This document shows, in pieces, positions 10,143 to 17,740 of a stretch of DNA of 64,000 nt. A program made the translations under genes and the position numbers. The notes beneath the pieces were generated by a model. The model made no database searches and had not been told where the DNA came from. It worked only from the letters and a program-made list of their open reading frames with translations. The DNA is from Candidatus Nanohaloarchaea archaeon (GTDB lineage: Archaea; Nanohalarchaeota; Nanosalinia; Nanosalinales; Nanosalinaceae). How positions within the stretch are numbered: the stretch's first letter is position 1; the number at the start of each line of letters is the position of its first letter. The DNA is taken from the NCBI GenBank assembly GCA_013343275.1, contig CP046106.1, positions 544,001 to 608,000 on the forward strand, read 5' to 3'.

Positions 10143-11051
10143 ATGGACATATGGACGGTCGGCACCTCTAGCGCAGTACCTACGCGCGAAAGAGGGCTCG
10201 CAGCAAACCTGATCAACTACAAAGGAGAAAGAATACTATTCGACTGCGGAGAAGGCACACAGAGAACCCTGATGTCAGAAAAACTAGGCCTCATGAAAAT
10301 CAACAAAATATTCATATCACACTGGCATGCCGACCACTTCTCCGGCCTCCTCGGACTAATACAGACAATGGAGATGGAAGGCCGGGAAAAACCGCTATAC
10401 ATCTACGGCCCACCAAGAACAGAGGAGTTCACCGACAGAATCCTCGACACAGGCTACTTCAACAGAAGCTATGACATATTCGTTGAAGACCTGGTAGAAG
10501 GCGACAACATCGTTGGTGAAGGCTACGAAGTAAGGCCTTTCGAGGTAGAGCATGGAATCAACGCGTTCGGATTTGTATTCAAGGAAGAAGACCAGAGAAA
10601 AGTAAACAAGAACAAGATGCAGGAACTAGGCCTCGAACAGTCACCTAAAATCGGCAAGCTGAAGGAGGGAGAGACAGTAGAGCTGGAAGGCAAAGAGGTT
10701 CAGCCTGAAGAGATAATTGAAGACATGCCTGGAAGAAAAGTTGTCTACTCCGGCGACACCGCTAAATGCCAGAACATGATAGACCATGCAGAAAACGCAG
10801 ATCTCCTGATACACGAGGCAACCTGCCTGCACGAGATTATCGACAAGAGAGAGGGACATACCTCTGCAAAACAGGCCGCAGAAATAGCAGACGAAGCAGA
10901 CGTTGAGAAACTGGTACTGACACATCTATCACGGAGATATAGAAACAACTCCGAAGAGCTACGGGAAGAGGCCCAGGAAGTATTCAGCAATACTGAAGTT
11001 GCTGAAGACGGAGAAAAATTCGAGGTAAAACCTCATAGGCCTGAAAAATAA
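10143..11051 (+). CDS. rnz: Ribonuclease Z
   Basis: GTSSAVPT-x-x-R, DCGEGTQ, HWHADH, SGDT, HEAT, THLSRRY; ATG at 10143. Confidence 0.95.
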   Translation: MDIWTVGTSSAVPTRERGLAANLINYKGERILFDCGEGTQRTLMSEKLGLMKINKIFISHWHADHFSGLLGLIQTMEMEGREKPLYIYGPPRTEEFTDRILDTGYFNRSYDIFVEDLVEGDNIVGEGYEVRPFEVEHGINAFGFVFKEEDQRKVNKNKMQELGLEQSPKIGKLKEGETVELEGKEVQPEEIIEDMPGRKVVYSGDTAKCQNMIDHAENADLLIHEATCLHEIIDKREGHTSAKQAAEIADEADVEKLVLTHLSRRYRNNSEELREEAQEVFSNTEVAEDGEKFEVKPHRPEK

Positions 11052-11717
11052 CTATAAATCGAATCCTGCGCGTCGAAGAACATCTAATGAGTCCTGAGGC
11101 TGGACTCCAAGTTCTTTAACCCTGTCTCTTAACCTGGCCTCATCGATATCAAACATTCCTGCATCAGACATTTTCTCAAGGTCGTAGAAAGTACCAGGCT
11201 TTTTCTCCAGGCGGAAAACCCCTTCAGAATCCCGCTCCAGCAAGTTAGGATCAGCCACCTTCGTATAGACAGCATCCTCCGGCTGTGGGATTGAAACCTC
11301 AAAACCTTCAAAATCAATTCTGCGGGCCTCATCCACGACCTCTCTGTAACCTGGTATAGGCCCATCCTCTACAATATGAACATCAGGTCGAACCCCGTTA
11401 TAGTACTCATTGTCATGCAGGGCCTGTAAAGCAGAGTTCCGGTCGCGTACAAGGTCATCTATATCATCAGTAGACCGGTGCTCGAACTCTCTCCGAACAC
11501 TGCTCATCCCTCCTACAGCATAGGCCTCTAACTGAGTTCCTATACCGCCGATAACAGCATAGTCAACATCTTCATCCTCCAGATATCGGGAACTATCTCT
11601 AAGGCCTTCCTGCATACACTCATCCAGAATGTTGCCTTTACAGCTGGAATGGGAGGCCCTGTTCTTTATCTCGTCAAGCCTCTCAAGCTCATCATCAATA
11701 CTGAAATCTGATGCCAC
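11052..11717 (-). CDS. Putative nucleotidyltransferase (AbiEii/DUF6036-like motifs)
   Basis: YAVIGG...R-S-T-D-DID motif and later K...D-L-x-x-M. Confidence 0.5.
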   Translation of the reverse strand: MASDFSIDDELERLDEIKNRASHSSCKGNILDECMQEGLRDSSRYLEDEDVDYAVIGGIGTQLEAYAVGGMSSVRREFEHRSTDDIDDLVRDRNSALQALHDNEYYNGVRPDVHIVEDGPIPGYREVVDEARRIDFEGFEVSIPQPEDAVYTKVADPNLLERDSEGVFRLEKKPGTFYDLEKMSDAGMFDIDEARLRDRVKELGVQPQDSLDVLRRAGFDL

Positions 11718-11742
11718 AGATCAATAACAAAATCCAGAATTT

Positions 11743-12276
11743 TTATTCATTTCCATCTACCTCGCGAGTAAGCTTCTGATCCTCACTCGGCTCAACCTCG
11801 ATCCCGGCACCTTCAAAATCTTCTTTTATCTGGTCCTCCTGAATCCGGTCCATGAAAACTGCGAGGGCCGCAATCTCGCTGTGAGGCTGATTACCTACAG
11901 AAATATTGTAGTCGACACGAGTGTAAACCCATCTCGGTACCTTCTCAGCACCTACAACGACAAGAAGATCGCCGGCCTCATCGAACTCTTCTTTAAGGCC
12001 TTCAATTTTCTCGCTAATCTTCTCGCCGTACATAGTCAGATGCACGGAAAGGCCTTCAAAACCACGTATAACTTTTTTCCAGTCCTCAGTGTATTCAATT
12101 TCTACATCTCCGCCCCAGCGATCGATTATATCTCTCTGGGACTCCAGAATACTAGTATCTTTCTCACCAGAATAGACTATTCTGTCAGCTCCCCACTGCC
12201 GGGCAGTAAGGCCTACATGAGTGGAAATTCTGTCATCTCTTCCTCTGCGGTGGCCTAGCCTGAGAACTGTTATCAT
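11743..12276 (-). CDS. tRNA (cytidine-56-2'-O)-methyltransferase (aTrm56)
   Basis: LRLGHR-x-x-RD-x-R-x-STHV, HLTMYG, VGAEKVP, NQPHSE. Confidence 0.95.
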   Translation of the reverse strand: MITVLRLGHRRGRDDRISTHVGLTARQWGADRIVYSGEKDTSILESQRDIIDRWGGDVEIEYTEDWKKVIRGFEGLSVHLTMYGEKISEKIEGLKEEFDEAGDLLVVVGAEKVPRWVYTRVDYNISVGNQPHSEIAALAVFMDRIQEDQIKEDFEGAGIEVEPSEDQKLTREVDGNE

Positions 12277-12296
12277 AACCTTGAATTGCTGGGATA

Positions 12297-12306
12297 GATT
12301 ATTAAG
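12297..12306 (+). promoter_or_regulatory. Putative TATA box for the leaderless thrS leader transcript
   Basis: ATTAAG begins 31 nt before the uORF ATG at 12332; identical spacing in the glyS leader. Confidence 0.5.
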
Positions 12307-12331
12307 AGCTGAGCCCAGAAACTTTTCTACA

Positions 12332-12446
12332 ATGAAGGGTGGACGTTTTACCTTCGGCCCACATGTTTCGCAACCAAGCCAGCTTTAACTTTAGCTGTCA
12401 AAACCTTTTCTATAAAATTAGAAACTTTGCAGGAGATTCTCAATGA
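12332..12446 (+). promoter_or_regulatory. thrS leader: uORF MKGGRF-T-FGPHVSQPSQL* (12332-12388) with putative +1 frameshift cassette; +1 frame ends in TGA overlapping the thrS ATG
   Basis: ATG AAG GGT GGA CGT TTT ACC; +1 frame 12348-12446 stop-free until ...TCT CAA TGA (ATGA overlap). Confidence 0.75.
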
Positions 12447-14368
12447 GTATTGAAGTAGAACTACCAGACGGCTCGACACTAGAAGTAGACGAAAACGCAA
12501 CAGTAGAAGACGTGGCCTACGAGATAGGTACAGGCCTCGGAGACGACACAGTCGCAGGAAAGATCAACGGCGAACTAGTCGCAAAAGAGGAAAAAGTCAG
12601 CGACGGCGACGAAATAGAGATCGTAACTCCGCAGAGCGACGAATACATCGATGTGCTCAGACACTCCGCCGCACACGTATTCGCACAGGCCCTGAAAAGA
12701 ATCTACGGCGACGAAGTAAAACTTACAATCGGGCCGTGGACAGATGAAGGATTCTACTACGATATCAAAGGAGTTGATCTGGATCAGGAGGACTTCGAGG
12801 AAATAGAGGAAGAGATGCAAAATATAGTAGATGAGGATCTCGATATCGAACGTGAAATGCTGCCCCGAGAAGAAGCAGAGGAGTTCTTCGAAGACAATAG
12901 ATTCAAGCAGGAGATTCTTGAAGAGGAGGCATCTGAAGGAGAGAAGGTCTCATTCTACAAACAGGGAGAGTTCAAGGATTTGTGTAAAGGCCCTCACGTA
13001 GAATCTACTGGCGAAGTCGAGGCCTTCAAGCTGCTGGAGATCGCAGGCGCCTACTGGCGTGGAAACGAGGAAAACGAGATGCTGACACGTGTCTACGGAA
13101 CTGCCTTCCCTTCAGAGGAAGAACTTGAGGATTTCCTGGAGAAGAAGAAAGAGGCCGAGAAACGTGATCACCGGAGGATCGGCGAGGAAATGGACTTGTT
13201 CTCCGTACCTGAGCACGCTCCTGGCTGCCCTCACTATCACCGTGCCGGCATGAAGATCAGGAGAGAGCTGGAAGAATATATAAGAACGAAGAACAAGGAG
13301 CTGGGCTACGAGGAAGTCTGGACTCCAGAGCTGAACAAGGCAGATCTCTGGAAGAAGACAGGCCACTACGAGGCCTTCAAAGAGGACGGCGAAATGTTTG
13401 CATGGGAGCAGGACGACACGGAGTATGGCCTGAAGCCTATGAACTGTGCGAACCACTCCCACATCTTCGACTCCGGAAAGAGAAGTTACAAGGAGCTTCC
13501 TATCAAGCTTTCCGAGTTCGGGACAGTTTACAGGAACGAACAGTCCGGAGAGCTTTCAGGCCTTCTACGCGTTCGCGGCTTCACACAGGACGACGGCCAC
13601 GCATATATCCGGAAGGATCAGATTGAGGAGGAGATCAGGAAGCATCTCGAGATAATTATAGAGATGTACGACGAGTTCGGCTTCGACACACACTTTATAC
13701 TGGAGACAAAGCCGGAAAAGGCTCAGGGACCGGATGAGCTATGGGATGAGGCCGAAAGCTCTCTTAAGAACGCGTTGAACCAGACCGTAGACGACTTCGA
13801 GATCAAACCTGAGGAAGGTGCTTTCTACGGGCCGAAGATCGGTGTTGAAGTAGAGGACGCGATCGGACGTGAATGGCAGCTTGGAACCGTTCAGCTCGAC
13901 TTCGTGATCCCACGTAACTACGGTCTGAAGTACGTAGGAGAGGACAACGAGGAGCACTACCCAGTAATGATCCACAGGGCAATCCTTGGATCTATCGAAC
14001 GGTTCATGGGGGTTATGATCGAGCACTTCGCGGGCGACTTCCCGACATGGCTGGCGCCTGAACAGGTCAGAATCCTGCCAGTAACCGACGACAATATGGA
14101 GTACGCGGAGAAGATCAAGGAAGAACTCTCGGATTTCAGGGTAGAGATCGAGGACCGCAGCTGGACGGTAGGCAAGAAGATTCAGGCCGCACACGACGAC
14201 AACGTACCTTACATGCTGATCCTGGGCGACGACGAGGAAGAAGCAGGAGAAATATCGGTTAGAGACCGTGAGGAAAACGAGGATCGCGGGTTCTCAGTTG
14301 AAGAATTCAGAGAAGCCCTCAGAGAAGAAGTTGAGGAGAAAAAACTGGAGCCCGACTTCCTCCAGTAA
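12443..14368 (+). CDS. thrS: Threonine--tRNA ligase (bacterial-type architecture: TGS, editing, catalytic, anticodon-binding)
   Basis: HSAAH, DLCKGPHV, RDHR, KPMNC, RVRGFTQDD, GAFYGPK, IHRAILGS. Confidence 0.97.
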   Translation: MSIEVELPDGSTLEVDENATVEDVAYEIGTGLGDDTVAGKINGELVAKEEKVSDGDEIEIVTPQSDEYIDVLRHSAAHVFAQALKRIYGDEVKLTIGPWTDEGFYYDIKGVDLDQEDFEEIEEEMQNIVDEDLDIEREMLPREEAEEFFEDNRFKQEILEEEASEGEKVSFYKQGEFKDLCKGPHVESTGEVEAFKLLEIAGAYWRGNEENEMLTRVYGTAFPSEEELEDFLEKKKEAEKRDHRRIGEEMDLFSVPEHAPGCPHYHRAGMKIRRELEEYIRTKNKELGYEEVWTPELNKADLWKKTGHYEAFKEDGEMFAWEQDDTEYGLKPMNCANHSHIFDSGKRSYKELPIKLSEFGTVYRNEQSGELSGLLRVRGFTQDDGHAYIRKDQIEEEIRKHLEIIIEMYDEFGFDTHFILETKPEKAQGPDELWDEAESSLKNALNQTVDDFEIKPEEGAFYGPKIGVEVEDAIGREWQLGTVQLDFVIPRNYGLKYVGEDNEEHYPVMIHRAILGSIERFMGVMIEHFAGDFPTWLAPEQVRILPVTDDNMEYAEKIKEELSDFRVEIEDRSWTVGKKIQAAHDDNVPYMLILGDDEEEAGEISVRDREENEDRGFSVEEFREALREEVEEKKLEPDFLQ

Positions 14369-14441
14369 AGGTCTTCCTCTCACTTTTTTCCTATTTTCGC
14401 TTTTTGAACAAAGTTAAATTTCTGGCACACAATTCCTGTAC

Positions 14442-15551
14442 ATGAAACAAGGACAGTTGGAGAAGTTTGCAGAGATACTTGTCGAGAGATCAGCGGAAAT
14501 TGAAGAAGGAGACAACGTATATCTGGCAGCTTATTCTACAGAGGTGCTTCCTCTGTTTGACGAGGTAAGAAGATACATTATTGAAAAAGGAGCTTATCCT
14601 CACGAGCATCTGATCTACGATTCTCAGCTTGGAAGGGCTGGAATGGATTACCAGTGGCTGAAGCATGCATCTGATGAACAGCTATCACATATCTCCGAGG
14701 CCAAGAGAAAGGAGCTCGAGGAGATGGATGCATACATCAATATAGGAGGCCGTAGAAACGAGAACGAGTTAAATAATATTGACTCAGAGAAAATTTCGAC
14801 CCGGAAGAGAAATACTAAGGCTCTGGCTGACATGAGGCGGGAGATGAAATGGGCCTTGACACGCTACCCTACACATGGAATGGCGCAGAAGGCCTCAATG
14901 TCGACAGAGAGTTTCAGAGACTTCATGTTTGAGGCTATCGACATCGACTGGGAGAAGCTTGAGGAGAAGAATGCGGAGATTAAGGAGAGGTTTGACCAGG
15001 CCGATAAGGTAAGAGTAGTATCGGAAGGTACTGATCTGGAGTTCAGTCTTGAGAACCGGACCGGGATGACCGGTGAGGGGAAACATAACTTGCCTGACGG
15101 AGAGGTATTCTACGCACCGGTGAAGGAGTCTGTCGAAGGAGAGATAGAGTTTACGTATCCTGGCAGAAAGCAGGGTAACGAAGTGAAAAATGTCTACCTG
15201 AAGCTGGAAAACGGCAGAGTGGTTGATTTCAGCGCCTCTAAAAACGAAGAGTTTCTCCGAGAACAGATCAGAACTGATGAAGGCTCAAGATACTTCGGAG
15301 AGTTCGGAATAGGAACTAACTGGAAGATAGACCAGTTCACCAACGAAATGGGATTAGACGAGAAAATTGGTGGCACAGTCCACTTTGCACTGGGAAGCGG
15401 ATTCAAGGGAAGCATGCCGGAAGGAGAAGAACCTAACGACTCTGCCATCCACTGGGACATCGTAAAAGACCTCAGAAAGCCAGAAGGCGATGGAGGAAAA
15501 ATCTATCTCGATGGAGAAGTCGTGATGAAAGACGGAGACTGGATGCTGTGA
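14442..15551 (+). CDS. Aminopeptidase, M29 family
   Basis: NLPDGEVF, GEFGIGTN, DEKIGGTVHFALG, SAIHWD. Confidence 0.92.
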   Translation: MKQGQLEKFAEILVERSAEIEEGDNVYLAAYSTEVLPLFDEVRRYIIEKGAYPHEHLIYDSQLGRAGMDYQWLKHASDEQLSHISEAKRKELEEMDAYINIGGRRNENELNNIDSEKISTRKRNTKALADMRREMKWALTRYPTHGMAQKASMSTESFRDFMFEAIDIDWEKLEEKNAEIKERFDQADKVRVVSEGTDLEFSLENRTGMTGEGKHNLPDGEVFYAPVKESVEGEIEFTYPGRKQGNEVKNVYLKLENGRVVDFSASKNEEFLREQIRTDEGSRYFGEFGIGTNWKIDQFTNEMGLDEKIGGTVHFALGSGFKGSMPEGEEPNDSAIHWDIVKDLRKPEGDGGKIYLDGEVVMKDGDWML

Positions 15552-15610
15552 AAGAAGAGCAGATATTCGCGCCGGTTTGATTTAAAAGTTTTTGAACATC
15601 GGTGTAATGT

Positions 15611-16015
15611 ATGACTACAGTATACGATGTAAAAGCGGAGCCTCTGATCATGGAAGTAGCAGAGGAACTCGAAGACGACTTCGAGGCCCCAGAATGGAGT
15701 AATTTCGTTAAAACAGGACAGCACAAGGATCGCACACCAGACCAAGACAACTGGTTCCACATCAGATCCGCAGCAATCCTGAGAAAGATCTACACAGACG
15801 GCCCGCTAGGAGTCTCCAGACTTCGAACCATCTACGGAGGAAAGAAGAACAACGGACACGGCCCTGAGCACCACGGAAAGGCTTCAGGAAATATTATCCG
15901 TACTGCACTTCAGAAACTTGAAGAAGCAGGCTACGTAGAGACAGAGGAAGGAGAAGGCCGCAAGATCACGGAGAAAGGTAAAAGCTTCCTCGACAACAAG
16001 TCCAACGAACTTTAA
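15611..16015 (+). CDS. rps19e: 30S ribosomal protein S19e
   Basis: PEW-x-x-FVKTG, W-x-x-IR-x-A-x-ILRK-x-Y, IIRTALQ-x-LE. Confidence 0.95.
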   Translation: MTTVYDVKAEPLIMEVAEELEDDFEAPEWSNFVKTGQHKDRTPDQDNWFHIRSAAILRKIYTDGPLGVSRLRTIYGGKKNNGHGPEHHGKASGNIIRTALQKLEEAGYVETEEGEGRKITEKGKSFLDNKSNEL

Positions 16016-16021
16016 AGACCG

Positions 16022-16348
16022 ATGGACGAAGACGAACTGGAGAAACTTCGCGAACAGAAAAAAGAAGAGATGCAGGAACAGCAACAGTCAGAGGAAGAGG
16101 CCCTCGAAGATCAGAGAGATCAGGTCAAACAGGAGGCCTCGAAGTACCTGACAAAGGACGCGAAGGAGAGAATGGGCAACATACGTGTTGCTCAACCAGA
16201 CTTGGCTTCCAGTATCGAGATGCAGATCGCGAGGCTCGGCCGATCAGGACGGGTCGAAAAGGTTACAGATGACCAGCTTAAAGATATATTGAAATCCTTC
16301 CAGAGTGAGAAGGAGAAAAACAGTTCAGATATAAAGTTCAGGAGGTGA
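16022..16348 (+). CDS. PDCD5-like double-stranded DNA-binding protein
   Basis: DELEKLR...LT-x-x-A-x-ER-x-x-NI...D-x-QLK-x-IL; conserved position after rps19e. Confidence 0.85.
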   Translation: MDEDELEKLREQKKEEMQEQQQSEEEALEDQRDQVKQEASKYLTKDAKERMGNIRVAQPDLASSIEMQIARLGRSGRVEKVTDDQLKDILKSFQSEKEKNSSDIKFRR

Positions 16349-16358
16349 AAACTGTACT

Positions 16359-16532
16359 ATGAGTTCAAACAAGTCACTAGGTAAGAAGAAAAGGCTTTCA
16401 AAAGCCAACAAGACAGCTAAATCCGCTCCACGATGGGTTTCACTGAAAGCGTTCGGTATGGACCGGGCAATGAAGAGGTCCATCAAGCCGCGTAAGAGCC
16501 GGCACTGGAGAAGAAACGACACCGACGAGTAA
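16359..16532 (+). CDS. rpl39e: 50S ribosomal protein L39e (not in the ORF track)
   Basis: MSSNKSLGKKKRLSKA...APRWV...RHWRRN; GGAGGTGA SD upstream. Confidence 0.9.
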   Translation: MSSNKSLGKKKRLSKANKTAKSAPRWVSLKAFGMDRAMKRSIKPRKSRHWRRNDTDE

Positions 16533-16547
16533 TCGGGTTTTTGACAA

Positions 16548-16985
16548 ATGACAAGATACAAGTTCAACATTTCAAAGGCCAGAGTTGTAGGCCCGAACAA
16601 GCGTTCAAAGAAGGCAATGAGCATCCTGCGCGAGAAACTGCAGGACGCAGAAGGAGAGGTAAGTATATCTCCGGAGCTTAACCAGGCTATCTGGCAGAAA
16701 GGCGGAGGCAATCCCCCCTCCAAGATAGCTGTCGAAGTTGAAGAAGTCGCTGGAAGAAAAGTTGCAAGGCCTGCAGAAGAGAAAGGCAGAGAAGAAACTA
16801 CTTCTACGACCGAAGAAACAGCTTCCGAGAACTACAGCGACGTAGTCGGAGGTACAGTAGGAGATGCAAAGGACGCGATCTCCGAAATGGAGAATCCTGA
16901 CTACGAGGCACTTCTTGAGGCCGAGAAAGAAGGAAAAGATAGGAAGACTTTGAAGGAATTTATCGAAGGCAAGATGGAAGGATAA
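16548..16985 (+). CDS. rpl31e: 50S ribosomal protein L31e with acidic C-terminal extension
   Basis: KRSKKA...I-x-x-ELNQAIW-x-x-G-x-x-NPP; gene order L39e-L31e-aIF6. Confidence 0.85.
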   Translation: MTRYKFNISKARVVGPNKRSKKAMSILREKLQDAEGEVSISPELNQAIWQKGGGNPPSKIAVEVEEVAGRKVARPAEEKGREETTSTTEETASENYSDVVGGTVGDAKDAISEMENPDYEALLEAEKEGKDRKTLKEFIEGKMEG

Positions 16986-16989
16986 GAAA

Positions 16990-17637
16990 ATGGAACTTTC
17001 TCGCTACAACTACCTCGGCAACTCGAATATAGGCTTCTACGCCACAGTAACCAATTCCCAGGCTATCTTCCCTCCAGAGTTCAAGGAGAAAGAGATGTTC
17101 GATACTGAAGATATAGAGACATATGTAGCGAGAACCAGGCTTGTAGGCCTTTTCACCGCAGGCAACTCCAACAGCATTCTGGTACCTGACGTAGTTACAG
17201 ATGTAGAGAAGAGAAAGATGGAGAAGGCCGGCATAGAGTTCACAGAGATCAGCGCACAGGAAACAGCACTCGGTAACCTGGTGCTGGCGAACGACAAAGG
17301 CGCAGTTATCAGCAAGACATTGGAAGATCAGAAGGAGAAGATTGAGGAGGCCTTGCAGGTAGAGGCCGAAGTAATGGATATTGCAGGAACGCCTAACCCT
17401 GGTTCATGCGGGGTAGCAAACAGTAGAGGAGTACTCCTTCACAGAGATACTTCGGAAGAAACTGCCGAGAAAGTGAAAGAAGTTCTGGATGTAGAATACG
17501 TAGATATCGGGACCGTTAACACAGGATCGCCTTTCGTTGGCGCAGGGGTTCTGGCAAACGACAAAGCAGTTTTAACTGGCCAGGACACTTCAGGACCGGA
17601 AGTAGGCCGGATCGACCGCGTACTGGTCGAAAAATAG
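16990..17637 (+). CDS. eif6: Translation initiation factor 6 (aIF6)
   Basis: GNSNIG, LVG-x-x-x-x-GNSN, ALGN-x-x-LAND, GTVN-x-G-x-x-x-VG-x-G. Confidence 0.92.
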   Translation: MELSRYNYLGNSNIGFYATVTNSQAIFPPEFKEKEMFDTEDIETYVARTRLVGLFTAGNSNSILVPDVVTDVEKRKMEKAGIEFTEISAQETALGNLVLANDKGAVISKTLEDQKEKIEEALQVEAEVMDIAGTPNPGSCGVANSRGVLLHRDTSEETAEKVKEVLDVEYVDIGTVNTGSPFVGAGVLANDKAVLTGQDTSGPEVGRIDRVLVEK

Positions 17638-17740
17638 TTCTTCAGGCCTGTAAAACGAGGCCCAGACTTTTCTCGCATTATTTTTACCTTTGAATCATAA
17701 CGCTCTCTTTAAATTCAGGGCTTTTCCATTCTAAAATATT

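Noticed and set aside
12334-12410. T-box antiterminator-like fold (AAGG-UGGA bulge-UUUU pairing with downstream AAAACCUU) in the thrS and glyS leaders
   Set aside because: No Stem I/specifier domain upstream, no terminator, and the pairing is not evident in the two Trp copies. The cognate-codon plus open +1 frame pattern explains all four copies better. It may still be an accessory structure.
12339-12446. Alternative reading: independent GTG-initiated leader ORFs (MDVL...) in the +1 frame
   Set aside because: Does not explain the upstream ATG or the cognate codon in frame 0, and the TGT/TGC variation is synonymous only in frame 0. Not fully excluded.
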